The notes: generated by a model from the letters alone, not told the origin. A stretch of 64,000 nt of DNA from Gemmatimonadota bacterium (GCA_039588275.1 JBDHAC010000001.1:13203-77202), one strand, 5' to 3'; shown: positions 24,216-33,484, numbered from the stretch's first letter. Program-made: numbers and translations.

Positions 24216-27170
24216 ATGCGTGCCTCGATCTTCGCGCGCGGCGTCTGGCGTCGTCACCGCCGCGACCGTCTCATCACCGGAGCCGCGATCGCCGCGACCC
24301 TCACCGCATCCGGTTTCGGCGCCGCCTGGAGTCAGGAGAGGCCCACGATCGCGCCCGAGGACTACGGGCGCTGGGAGAACCTGGGGCGTGCCGCCCTCTC
24401 ACCCGACGGTGCCTGGCTGGCGTACGGGGTCGAAATGGTGGACGAGCAGGCCGAGCTTCGCATCCGGTCTCTCGAACGGGACTCGATGCGCTCCGTGCCG
24501 TGGGGACGGAATCCCGCGTTCGCTCCTGACGGCCGTTGGTTGGCATGGGCGGTCGGTGTCTCGCCCGACGAGGAGGAGCGGCTCCAGAAGGCTGAAGAGC
24601 CTGTCCGACTCGGGGTCGGGCTGCTCGATCTGGCGAGCGGCGAAGAGCGGAGCTTCGAGGAGGTGCGAGGCTTCGGGTTCGACTCGAGCGCTCGGTTTCT
24701 CGCGCTCCACGGGTATGCGCCCGAGGAGCCGAAGGGCAAAGGTGCCGACCTGAGGGTGGTGGATCTCGCCGAAGGCACGACCACCACGTTCGGGAACGTG
24801 GCTGAATTCGCCTGGAGCGACTCCGCATCCCTGCTCGCGCTCGCGGTGTCCACAGGCGGCGAAGAGGGGAACGGCGTCCAGGTCTACGATGCCGACAGCG
24901 GCCGGATCCGGTCGCTCGGGACCTCGGGCTCGGCCTACAGACAGCTCGCCTGGCGCGAGGGCGGGGCCGATCTCGCCGTCCTCCGGTCTCGCGAGCCTGC
25001 GTCCGAAGAGGATGCGACCGCCCACGACGCGCTCGCCTGGCGCGGACTCGATGGCGAGGAGCCGAGCGAGTTCGCCCTGACCGCCGGGGCGGCGGGTCTC
25101 GCGGACTCCCTCGAGGTGGTGCGGCATGCCGCCCCGCGTTGGTCCGATGACGGTCGCCTGATCGCGATCGGTCTGCGCCCCGCCGAGCCCGAGGAGGAGC
25201 CTGAAGACGACGAGGGGACCGAGGAGGACGCAGGGGAGCGAACGGACACCGAGGGAGAGAGCCCCGAGGATGCGGAGGGCGACGCCCCGCAGGACAGCAC
25301 GGCTGCCGAGGACGACGAGCCCGAGCTCCCCGGCCTCCAGATCTGGCACAGCTCCGACCGCCGCATCTTTGCCCGCCAGCAAGCCAGCCAGGACTCCGAC
25401 GAGCGTCGCACCCTGCTCTCGGTGTGGCACCTGGACGAGGCCCGTGTCGTCCAGATAGGCACCGATCAGAGGGCGAGCGCGCAGCTACTCGAGGGATGGA
25501 CGCGGGCGATCGAGCAGACGCAGGAGCCCTACGCCTGGGGCGAGATGTTCGGCCGCCCGTACAGCGACACCTGGGTGGTGGACGTCGGCACGGGTGAGCG
25601 CGAGCAGGTGCTCGAGCGCGTACGCTACAACTGGACGAGCGCTGGCGGGCGCTGGTTGGTCGCCTTCGACGGATCCAATTACACGAGTCTCGACTTGCAG
25701 ACCGGGGCGCGGTACGACCTCACCTCCGAGCTCCCGACCGTCTTCGCCGACACGGCGTATGACACGCCCACCGACGTCCTTCCCCCGCACGGCTTCGGTC
25801 CCGGTGGTTGGCTTGAGAATGACGAGGCGGTCTTCCTGTACGACGAGCACGACATCTGGCGCGTCTCTCCCGACGGCTCCGGGGCGACGCGCCTAACCCG
25901 TGGCCTCGAGGAAGACATCACCCACCGAATCGTGCGCGAATTCGATCCGAGCCGCGGCGAATTCCGGACGCTTGGCGATGACGACGACGAGCCGGGCTTC
26001 GATCCAGCACAACCGATCTACCTCTCCCTGTACGGGGAGAGGACCGAGAAACGCGGATATGCGCGGCTCGTGCCGGCGACGGACGACGCCGTCGGGGGCC
26101 AGGGCGACGAGTCCAGTATCGAGCGCCTCGTCTACGAGGACAAACGGATCAGCGGCCTCACGAAGGCGGACAGCGCCGACGTGTACATGTTCAACGTTCA
26201 GGCGTTCGACGACCCGCCCGACCTGTTCGTGGCCGGACCGGATCTGTCCGATGCCCGGCAGGTCACCGACATCAACCCCTTCATCAGCGAGTACGCGTGG
26301 GGCCGCGCCGAGCTGGTGGATTTCGTCAGCGAAGGCGGACGGGATCTCCAGGCGGTGCTTCTGTATCCGGCGAGCTACAGCCCCGGCGAGCGCGTCCCCA
26401 TGATCGTGTACACCTACGAGATGCTCTCGCCCCAGATACACTTCTTCAGTGCCCCGAACGAACGACGCTACTACAACTTCACCGCCTGGACGCAGCAGGG
26501 GTATGCGGTGCTCCTGCCCGACATCGTGTACCGCGCCCGGGACCCGGGCATCAGCGCGCTCGAATCCGTGCGGGCAGCCGTCGCCAGGATCGTCGAGCTG
26601 GGAGTGGCCGACGCCGACCGGGTGGGGCTGATCGGGCACTCGTGGGGCGGCTACCAGGCAACCTTCCTTCCGACCCGCACGGACATCTTCGCGGCCTCCG
26701 TCGCGGGGGCCCCGCTCACCGACTTCGTGAGCTTCATGGGGGCGATACACTGGAACCCGGGCGTCCCCGAAGTCGACCACTGGGAGACGGGGCAGGCGCG
26801 GATGGAGGTGCCGTTCTGGGACGATCCCGAAGCGCACCGTCGAAACTCACCGATCCACATGGTCCACGAGATGGAGACGCCGCTCCTGATGGCGTTCGGT
26901 AACGAGGACGGCGTGGTCGATTGGGATCAGGGGACGGAGTTCTACAACTTCGCCCGTCGCGCCGGAAAGCAGATGGTCCTGCTCGTATACGAAGGCGAGG
27001 ACCACGGCTTCCGCCAGGAGGCGAACCAGGTGGACTACCACCGCCGGATCCTGGAGTGGTTCGGCCACTATCTGAAGGGCGAGCCTGCCCCGGACTGGAT
27101 CACGGAGGGGATCCCCCTGGACGAGCTGGAGGACGAAGCGCGCCGGGTGGCGACGAAGCAGGGGGGGTAG
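24216..27170 (+). CDS. S9-family serine peptidase (prolyl oligopeptidase/DPP-like) with an N-terminal PD40-type propeller and an acidic insert
   Basis: ORF of 984 aa. It has repeated SPDG.WLA motifs and the nucleophile GLIGHSWGGYQA. Late Asp/His blocks are FGNEDGVVDW and EGEDHGF. An acidic low-complexity insert lies at nt ~25179-25335. Confidence 0.85.
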   Translation: MRASIFARGVWRRHRRDRLITGAAIAATLTASGFGAAWSQERPTIAPEDYGRWENLGRAALSPDGAWLAYGVEMVDEQAELRIRSLERDSMRSVPWGRNPAFAPDGRWLAWAVGVSPDEEERLQKAEEPVRLGVGLLDLASGEERSFEEVRGFGFDSSARFLALHGYAPEEPKGKGADLRVVDLAEGTTTTFGNVAEFAWSDSASLLALAVSTGGEEGNGVQVYDADSGRIRSLGTSGSAYRQLAWREGGADLAVLRSREPASEEDATAHDALAWRGLDGEEPSEFALTAGAAGLADSLEVVRHAAPRWSDDGRLIAIGLRPAEPEEEPEDDEGTEEDAGERTDTEGESPEDAEGDAPQDSTAAEDDEPELPGLQIWHSSDRRIFARQQASQDSDERRTLLSVWHLDEARVVQIGTDQRASAQLLEGWTRAIEQTQEPYAWGEMFGRPYSDTWVVDVGTGEREQVLERVRYNWTSAGGRWLVAFDGSNYTSLDLQTGARYDLTSELPTVFADTAYDTPTDVLPPHGFGPGGWLENDEAVFLYDEHDIWRVSPDGSGATRLTRGLEEDITHRIVREFDPSRGEFRTLGDDDDEPGFDPAQPIYLSLYGERTEKRGYARLVPATDDAVGGQGDESSIERLVYEDKRISGLTKADSADVYMFNVQAFDDPPDLFVAGPDLSDARQVTDINPFISEYAWGRAELVDFVSEGGRDLQAVLLYPASYSPGERVPMIVYTYEMLSPQIHFFSAPNERRYYNFTAWTQQGYAVLLPDIVYRARDPGISALESVRAAVARIVELGVADADRVGLIGHSWGGYQATFLPTRTDIFAASVAGAPLTDFVSFMGAIHWNPGVPEVDHWETGQARMEVPFWDDPEAHRRNSPIHMVHEMETPLLMAFGNEDGVVDWDQGTEFYNFARRAGKQMVLLVYEGEDHGFRQEANQVDYHRRILEWFGHYLKGEPAPDWITEGIPLDELEDEARRVATKQGG

Positions 27171-28012
27171 CCGAGGGCTCCCGCGAGCTCAAGACGCCCC
27201 GACGCCCTAGCGGCCCGGGTCGACGCACGCCCGTCCTCGTGCGTGATGGAGCCATCGAGACTCACGAGCGCTTGGACGTCTGCACGACCGGCCTGGAGAG
27301 CCGCGACGACCGCTCCGGAGCTGTGCCCCAGCAACGCGAGCTTGGCGGGGTGGACGAACTCCAGTTGCCGGGCGACGCCGATCGCGAACTCCAGGTCTTG
27401 TGCCTGAAGCGCGAGGGCGTCAGCGGAGAATGGCATGCGTAGATTCTCGGGGTCGTGTCCGACCTGCGGAACGACGGCCACGGCGTACCCGTGACTCGCC
27501 AGGTACTCCCACAGCACGGTGCTCTCCTGCTGGAAGTCGTTCCGCCCCAACATGTGAACCACGAGCGGAAAACGCCCCGGCGACGGGCTGGCATCGAGAC
27601 GGGCTCGAGTTGGAGCGGCGAGCAGCGCCTGAAAGCGCTCCTCCGAGATGGGGGAAAACTGTCGGCGCGCGACATCCAGATCCCGGTCGCGCAGAAGCTC
27701 GTTGTACGCTTCCAGCTCCGCCGAGGGGGCCTCCACGTCGAGGTAGTGACCGAACCGGAGGGTCTCGGATCGCGGCCTCGCCACACCGTCGCGAAGAGTG
27801 GGATACCAGACGAACAATCGAAGTGGACGCCCGGTGAATGCCGTCCCGAACGTGCGGTCCTCGTCGACCGCGAAGGTGACCTGAAAGCCTGCGCCGTAGG
27901 GACCCGCAGAGAGCGCTCCCCAGAGAGGGGAGCCAGTGGACTGCGCCGCCGCTGGGGTCGCCGAGATCAGGATCGTGAGGGCGGTTGCGCTACAGAGGCT
28001 GGTCGTACGCAT
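27068..28012 (-). CDS. Secreted alpha/beta hydrolase (PAF-acetylhydrolase/dienelactone-hydrolase-like), probably 3'-truncated
   Basis: 3' part of ORF 27068..28150. ATG 28012 has GAAGGAG upstream. It has a signal peptide, the nucleophile LLGHSSGA, and an Asp ~22 aa later (SLDGS). No credible catalytic His region follows. The last ~45 codons are low-complexity and run 103 nt antisense into the S9 gene. Confidence 0.55.
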   Translation of the reverse strand: MRTTSLCSATALTILISATPAAAQSTGSPLWGALSAGPYGAGFQVTFAVDEDRTFGTAFTGRPLRLFVWYPTLRDGVARPRSETLRFGHYLDVEAPSAELEAYNELLRDRDLDVARRQFSPISEERFQALLAAPTRARLDASPSPGRFPLVVHMLGRNDFQQESTVLWEYLASHGYAVAVVPQVGHDPENLRMPFSADALALQAQDLEFAIGVARQLEFVHPAKLALLGHSSGAVVAALQAGRADVQALVSLDGSITHEDGRASTRAARASGRLELAGALGYPPCFVATRRASSSSSSRGIPSVIQSGAGSPFR

Positions 28013-28131
28013 CGGCGTTGGCTCCTTCGATTCCCAGGCGCGGTGAGAACGCCTGGCGACCCCTTGTCGGGAGGACTCGAATCTCGGATGGACGAAACGC
28101 CCGGAAGGTTGTGCCAACGAGGGATCGTCGC

Positions 28132-28656
28132 CTAGCGCCGAACCGTGCAATTCCCTCCCTGGCTCAACACCACCTGGCCGCTTGCGCTCACGATCTCGGC
28201 GACCACATCGGGATTCGCGGAGGTCTGAATGAAGTCGGGCGCGATGGCGGTGGCACCCGCGGCGATGTCGTCCGGGTCACTGTCAAAGTCGAACTCGACC
28301 TCATCCCCGACTGTCGCCTGGAGCCCGGACACGGCGGTATTGCCGCCGGACCGGACCCGCGCCTGGTACTGCCCGGAGGCGAGGTTCTTACCGTCCACGG
28401 AGATCTTGGACCGGACATCGCCGGTGCGGACCTCGCAGCGTAACCGGAGCTCGCCGGCTCGTGAGCTGCTCGAGTCGTCCGAGCTGTTCGAGCTACTGGA
28501 TCCATCGGATCCGCTCGATCTCGCGCCCGAGATGTCATCCGAAGCGAGCCCGCTGTTCGGGCCGGTCAGAGAGTTGCCGGAGTCGGCGCCGCACGCCGCG
28601 AGCGCGACTGCTAACCCAACCACCATTACCGTTCCGAGAATCTTCTGCCTGATCAT
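28132..28656 (-). CDS. Small lipoprotein with a Ser/Asp-rich linker, unknown function
   Basis: ORF of 174 aa. The lipobox is MVVGLAVALAAC|G. A Ser/Asp low-complexity stretch is followed by a beta-rich ~100-aa domain carrying two Cys. Confidence 0.6.
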   Translation of the reverse strand: MIRQKILGTVMVVGLAVALAACGADSGNSLTGPNSGLASDDISGARSSGSDGSSSSNSSDDSSSSRAGELRLRCEVRTGDVRSKISVDGKNLASGQYQARVRSGGNTAVSGLQATVGDEVEFDFDSDPDDIAAGATAIAPDFIQTSANPDVVAEIVSASGQVVLSQGGNCTVRR

Positions 28657-28903
28657 CCCTGCCTCCGTCGTCCAGCGTTTCGTTCTCCGCGCGGGAACCG
28701 GCTCCCGAGCGGGTGACGGCGCGATCAGGCATGGCCTGTTCCCCTTCGCGCGTGTCTGCTAATGCGTTGTCATGTCGTGATATAGCGCGAACGACGGCGT
28801 CGTGAGCCGCTGGGTCGGATCGAGACAGGTGATACCACGGCGTGGAGGGTGTGTAGCGATACGCTACACCCTGGCGGGCCTGGCGGGGATGGGCCCGGAT
28901 GCA

Positions 28904-28932
28904 GAAGGGGCCGGCGTGCGGCCGGCCCCTTC
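28904..28932 (-). terminator. GC-rich hairpin downstream of the S9 peptidase gene (terminator-like, no clear U-tract)
   Basis: The hairpin is GAAGGGGCCGG-(7 nt)-CCGGCCCCTTC, a perfect 11-bp stem, ~37 nt beyond the stop at 28969. Confidence 0.4.
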
Positions 28933-28968
28933 GCCTACGAGAAGCGGTGAAAGCTCCTCAGGACATGC

Positions 28969-31041
28969 TTACTGCTGGCTCGCTTCCTCCGCGGCCTCTT
29001 CGGTGATCTCGAGTCCGGTCACGTCCACGGTCAGCTTCTCGATTTGCGCCTCGATGGCCGGGTCCACATCCGGATTGATGCGCCCGCCGAGGCACTCGCC
29101 GAAGAAGGTCTCCATCGATCGATAGAGCGCCATGCGGTTGTCCGAGTTCGCGAACCCGTGCCCCTCGTTCTCGGCGAGCAGGTATTGCACGGGGATCCCG
29201 CGGTCCCTGAGCGCGATCGCCATCTGATCGGACTCACGCTGCGTCACGCGCGGATCGTTCGCCCCCTGCACGATGAGGAGCGGGTCCTCGATCTGATCCA
29301 CGAAGTTGAGTGGCGAGCGGGCCTGCAGGTGCTCGATGTCGTCCACGTTCGCCGGATCGCCGACGTGGCGGTAGAACGTCCCCTCGAGGAACGGCCGCCA
29401 GTACGGCGGGAACGAGCTGATCAGCGTGACCAGCGACGAGGGACCCACGTAATCGACGCCGCACGCGAACACTTCGGGCGTGAACGTCAGCCCGACCAGG
29501 GTCGCGTACCCGCCATAGGACCCGCCGTAGATACCGATCCGGTCCGGATCCGCGATCCCCTCGTCGATCGCCCACTGCACTCCGTCCACGAGGTCGTCGT
29601 GCATGGCGCCGGCCCACTCTTTCACGGCGGCGTTGAGGAAGTCCTTCCCGTATCCCGTCGAGCCGCGGTAATTGACCTGCAAGACCGCGTATCCGCGGTT
29701 GGACAGGAGCTGTGCCTCGGAGTCGTAGCCCCACGTGTCGCGCGCCCACGGGCCGCCGTGGACGACCAGGACCATGGGGAGGTTCCTCGGCTCGACCCCG
29801 CGTGGCGTGGTGAGATAGCCGTGCACCGTCAGCCCGTCGCGGGCCTCGAACGAGATCGGCTGCATGTCGGTGAGCCCCGCCCCTTCGAGCCACGGCCGCG
29901 GCCGGAAGAGGAACTCCGACTCGTCCGTGTCACGGTCGTAGATGTACGTGGCGCCGGGATCGGTCGGGTCGTTGAAGGCCACCACCAGCTTTCGCTCGTC
30001 CAGCGTGAGCGATGTGGGGCTAGGCGATCCCTCGTGCAGCTCGCGGATGCGCGCCAGGTCCTCGGCCCACTCCTGAGTCTTCGGATAGAGGCGGACGGTA
30101 TCGGCCACATAGACTGTGACGATCAGCTCGTCCGTGACGTCGCTGAAGACCGCCGACCCGAAGTCCACCTCGCCCAGCGGATCGCTCTCGATCTCCTCGA
30201 GCTCGGCGGACTCGAGATCCATGAGCACGAGCCGGCTCAGATCGACATCGCCGTGGTCGCTGTTCAGGTAAAGGCGTTGGTTGTCCTTGTGGAACCGGAG
30301 CGGCGAGACGTTCTCGTCCGCCGGGTAACTGGCCGCGAGCTCCCAATCATCGGCCTCGGTGGCGCGCGCGAAGATGTCGGTTCCGCCCTGCATGTTCTGC
30401 CCGAGGGCCACGCGGACCTTCTGCTCGTGGTCCAGGATGTAGCCGACGTGACGGCCCGGATTCTCGGACACGAGCGTCAGCTCACCCGTCTCCAGGTCGA
30501 GCCAGTGGGGGTCGAACAGCTGCGGGTTTCGGTTGTTGAGGCCGACCAGGATCCGGTCCGGCGTCTCGTCCGGGACCGCGTAGATCACGGCCCGGACGCC
30601 TTCGAAGGGCGTGAGATCGCGCGCCTCGGGGGTGGAAGTGCCATCCACGGGCACGGCGTAGACGTGGTAGTTCTCGTTCCCTCCCTTGTCCTGCACGTAC
30701 AGAATCTTCTCGGCGTCGATCGCCCAGAAGTAACCGGTGACAGGCCGAACCGTGTCGGCCGTCATCTGGAACTCTTCGCCGGACTCCAGGTTGCGGACGA
30801 AGACGTTCAGCTTGTCCTCGTATGCCTTCAGATACGAGAGCCACTCGCCATCCGGCGAGATCTGGGCTCCGGCGATCTCCGGGTTGTCGAAGAAGTGCTC
30901 CACCGGGATCACGGCAGGCATGCCCTCGCCACTGGCGTAATCCGCGGTAGTCTGCGATGTGTCGGAGCAGGCGGCGGATGCCACGCCTGCGGCCACGATC
31001 GCGGCCAACGCGAGTCGGTGTCGGTCCATCTTTCGCTCCAT
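28969..31041 (-). CDS. S9-family serine peptidase (prolyl oligopeptidase family) lipoprotein
   Basis: 3' part of ORF 28969..31554. The start is ATG 31041 or 31029 (MERKMDRHRLALAAIVAAGVASAAC|S). It has a propeller half, then GIYGGSYGGYAT (nucleophile), VQGANDPRV (Asp) and ENEGHGF (His). Confidence 0.85.
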   Translation of the reverse strand: MERKMDRHRLALAAIVAAGVASAACSDTSQTTADYASGEGMPAVIPVEHFFDNPEIAGAQISPDGEWLSYLKAYEDKLNVFVRNLESGEEFQMTADTVRPVTGYFWAIDAEKILYVQDKGGNENYHVYAVPVDGTSTPEARDLTPFEGVRAVIYAVPDETPDRILVGLNNRNPQLFDPHWLDLETGELTLVSENPGRHVGYILDHEQKVRVALGQNMQGGTDIFARATEADDWELAASYPADENVSPLRFHKDNQRLYLNSDHGDVDLSRLVLMDLESAELEEIESDPLGEVDFGSAVFSDVTDELIVTVYVADTVRLYPKTQEWAEDLARIRELHEGSPSPTSLTLDERKLVVAFNDPTDPGATYIYDRDTDESEFLFRPRPWLEGAGLTDMQPISFEARDGLTVHGYLTTPRGVEPRNLPMVLVVHGGPWARDTWGYDSEAQLLSNRGYAVLQVNYRGSTGYGKDFLNAAVKEWAGAMHDDLVDGVQWAIDEGIADPDRIGIYGGSYGGYATLVGLTFTPEVFACGVDYVGPSSLVTLISSFPPYWRPFLEGTFYRHVGDPANVDDIEHLQARSPLNFVDQIEDPLLIVQGANDPRVTQRESDQMAIALRDRGIPVQYLLAENEGHGFANSDNRMALYRSMETFFGECLGGRINPDVDPAIEAQIEKLTVDVTGLEITEEAAEEASQQ

Positions 31042-31291
31042 GTCGATGGGGGTAAGGCACCGTCCTGGTACGGGGAACGGGCTCCGGGTGTCCTGCGCGC
31101 CCCAGGCTCCGTCTAGTTGTACGGGTGAAGTGCGCAGAAAGTTGTCCGATCGCCGTCCGAGATGCCACTCGGCGGCGCCGGCTCGCTTAGATTGGGGGTC
31201 TGTCGGAGTCAACGCGGGCAGATCCCAGCGGTGTGGTGCGGCGCGGTGCGGTGTGGTTTGGACGAAGGTGTGGGATGGAGGGAGGTGTGGG

Positions 31292-32008
31292 ATGAGGGGC
31301 CGAACCGCGGGGGTTTTCGCGCTGCTGGGGCTGATCGGCGTCACGGCAGCTTGCGCGACGGCGGGCGCGTCGGGATCGGGCGCCGGCGTCGGTGTCGTGA
31401 GACCGACCGCCGGAGCCCGCGGAACCGATTCGTCGCCGGGGCCTGCGCCGCCGGAATCCGGTGAGTCCGGCCGGGCGGCGCGCACCACTCCGCTGGAGGG
31501 TGGCTGCGGGCTCGCGCCCCTCGATCTCCGCCCCAAGTACGTTCTGCCATTCACGGTCGGTTCCCGCTACGAGCTGGTGCAGGGCAACTGCGGGCCGCAC
31601 AGTCACGATGGCCGCTTCAACTTCAGCTTCGACTTCCGCATGCCGATGCGCACGCCGATCATTGCGGCGCGCGACGGCGTGGTGAGCGCGATCCGTCAAA
31701 ACAGACCGGATGGCACCGACCGCGTCGGGGACGAGAACTACGTCATCATCGATCACGGCGATGGGGAGTACTCCCGGTACATCCACCTGACGAGGGATGG
31801 CGCCCTGGTGTCGAGGGGCGAGCGCGTGGCGCGAGGGGATACGATCGCGCTCTCCGGCGATTCCGGGAGGAGCGCCTTCCCCCACCTGCACTTCGACGTC
31901 ATCGACGGGTGCGCGAACGGGATCTGCTGGACGATCCCCGCCGCGTTCCTGAACTCCGATCCGCCGATTCCGACTCGCCGCGGCTCTTACACGGCACACT
32001 CCTTCTGA
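31292..32008 (+). CDS. M23-family (LytM-type) metallopeptidase lipoprotein
   Basis: 3' part of ORF 30959..32008. ATG 31292 has GGAGGGAGG upstream. The lipobox is LLGLIGVTAAC|A. Motifs are HDGRFNFSFDF, YVIIDHGDGEYSRYIHL and GDSGRSAFPHLHFDV (HxxxD / HxH). Confidence 0.8.
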   Translation: MRGRTAGVFALLGLIGVTAACATAGASGSGAGVGVVRPTAGARGTDSSPGPAPPESGESGRAARTTPLEGGCGLAPLDLRPKYVLPFTVGSRYELVQGNCGPHSHDGRFNFSFDFRMPMRTPIIAARDGVVSAIRQNRPDGTDRVGDENYVIIDHGDGEYSRYIHLTRDGALVSRGERVARGDTIALSGDSGRSAFPHLHFDVIDGCANGICWTIPAAFLNSDPPIPTRRGSYTAHSF

Positions 32009-32053
32009 GCGGGATGGATGCGCCGTTGAAACCTCACGGAGCGGTCGGACGTA

Positions 32054-32077
32054 TATTAACCAACCGGTTAGTTAATA
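32054..32077. promoter_or_regulatory. 24-bp AT-rich palindrome, likely the TetR operator
   Basis: TATTAACCAACCGGTTAGTTAATA is a reverse-complement palindrome apart from one symmetric mismatch pair. It sits 23 nt upstream of the TetR-family start and stands out as an AT-rich island in GC-rich DNA. Confidence 0.6.
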
Positions 32078-32099
32078 CGCTAAGATCGCGGAAACCCCT

Positions 32100-32765
32100 A
32101 TGAAGACAGTCGCACCCAGAGAACGAAGAGAACGGGACCCGGAGCTCACGAGGGAAGCCCTGAAGGGAGCCGCGCGCGAGGCCTTCGCGCGTGAGGGGTT
32201 CGAAGGGGCCCGGACACGTGAGATCGCGGCACGCGCGGGGGCGAACAAAGCGCTGATCAGCTACCACTTCGGGGGAAAACAGGGTCTGTTCACGGCGGTC
32301 TTGCTGGAGGACGTCATCGCCGCCAAGGAAAACTTCAGGCAGGCGATGGATTCGGCCGGTTCCCCAAGCGCGAAACTCGGCTCCTTCATGCGCGCGATGG
32401 CCGACGTAGCGAGGGAGAGACCCACCTTCCTGCCCCTGCTCGCGCAGGAGCTGATGAGCGCAGGGCGTCACCTCGAGCCTCACGTGGAGGAAGAGTTCTT
32501 CGGGTTCTTCCACCTGGTACGTGACACGCTCCGCGAAGGCATCGAGGCGGGCGAGTTCCGCCCCGTGGATCCACACGCGACCCATATCAGCCTCATCGGA
32601 GGCCTGGTGTGGTTCGGGCTCACGGAGCCGTTGCGCGAGCGGACGGCCGCGGAAGGGCGCCCCCCCGCACCCAGCGCCACCTGGCCGGGCTATGTGGAGC
32701 ACATGCGGCAACTCGTTCTCAGAGGCCTGGCCCCCGCCAGCGAGCGACCCGGCGCGGCAGGGTGA
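32100..32765 (+). CDS. TetR/AcrR-family transcriptional regulator
   Basis: ORF of 221 aa. The N-terminal HTH is TREIAARAGANKALISYHFGGKQGLF, and the ligand domain is helical. Confidence 0.85.
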   Translation: MKTVAPRERRERDPELTREALKGAAREAFAREGFEGARTREIAARAGANKALISYHFGGKQGLFTAVLLEDVIAAKENFRQAMDSAGSPSAKLGSFMRAMADVARERPTFLPLLAQELMSAGRHLEPHVEEEFFGFFHLVRDTLREGIEAGEFRPVDPHATHISLIGGLVWFGLTEPLRERTAAEGRPPAPSATWPGYVEHMRQLVLRGLAPASERPGAAG

Positions 32766-32811
32766 AGCGGGAGACGGATGTCAGACACGAAGGAGGAAAC
32801 CGTCTCAGACC

Positions 32812-32994
32812 AACCCGTTCCCATCGCTGTTCGTGGTCGTCGGCGGCCGAGGCATGGCGAGAATCGGTGGGAAGGAGCTCGAGCTCCAGTAGAGGCAGGC
32901 CGTGCTCATCCCGGCCGAAGTGGCGCACGAGTTCTGGAACCCCTTCGACTCGCCGTTCGAGGGGGTGCTGTTGATGTTCGGCGAGGGAGCGTAA
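32812..32994 (+). pseudogene. Cupin-domain gene relic (in-frame stop, N-terminal part degraded)
   Basis: One frame reads NPFPSLFVVVGGRGMARIGGKELELQ*RQAVLIPAEVAHEFWNPFDSPFEGVLLMFGEGA*. Cupin motif 2 (x5-P-x-x-x2-H-x3-N) is present after a TAG at 32890-32892. Upstream, MSDTKEETV.. is in another frame, and I found no intact motif 1. Confidence 0.45.
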
Positions 32995-33484
32995 CCGTGG
33001 GCCTGAGGGCGAGTGTGCCAGGCTGCGCACCCGCCCTTCTGGCTCACTCGTCCCGCCTCGGTCCTTTCCATTTGCCCCACACCGACCACTCGCCGCCGCC
33101 GGCTCCGCCCGCCATCCAGATCGGGGCAGGCGCCATCTGACCCCGATCCGGACCCGAAGCTGAGACACTTTGGCTCGTAGGCGATTCGTCGGTCAGGGTC
33201 CAGGCCCTCACTCAAGCACGTAACCACCATCCAGAAAACACATTACGGGTTCCGGAAGCCGGATCGGGACAGATCCGGATTGGTCGCGTTCTTGCCATCA
33301 AAGGGACGCCGGCTTTTCCACGGCGCAAGCGACCTACGTGCTGCCGGCACCAAGCACCCAGCGGAAGAACTTCCCGTGAGGCCGCCGGGTATGATTGGAT
33401 GACCCTGGACGGCTCGACGACGGTTGGGGCCGAGGGTGAATCGACCGCCCTGTCCGTCGCGGGAGCGAAAGAATAGGAGGGCGT

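Noticed and set aside
31266-31296. A direct repeat AGGTGTGGGATG x2 (period 17), with a 6-codon uORF (ATG 31275 .. TGA 31293-31295) whose stop overlaps the M23 peptidase start (ATG 31292). It lies within a G/T-rich tract at 31231-31291.
   Set aside because: The repeat is short and coincides with the purine-rich RBS region. A 6-codon ORF is well within chance expectation, and there is no supporting structure. It was noted but not reported as a feature.
32995-33484. A ~490-bp apparently non-coding region upstream of the TonB-family gene, inspected for a riboswitch (e.g. a cobalamin B12-box) or a small RNA. A hairpin CCGGATC-gggaca-GATCCGG lies at 33259-33278.
   Set aside because: I could find no B12-box or other riboswitch core that I recognise. 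The hairpin lacks a U-tract and any functional context. A covariance-model scan (Rfam/Infernal) would be needed.
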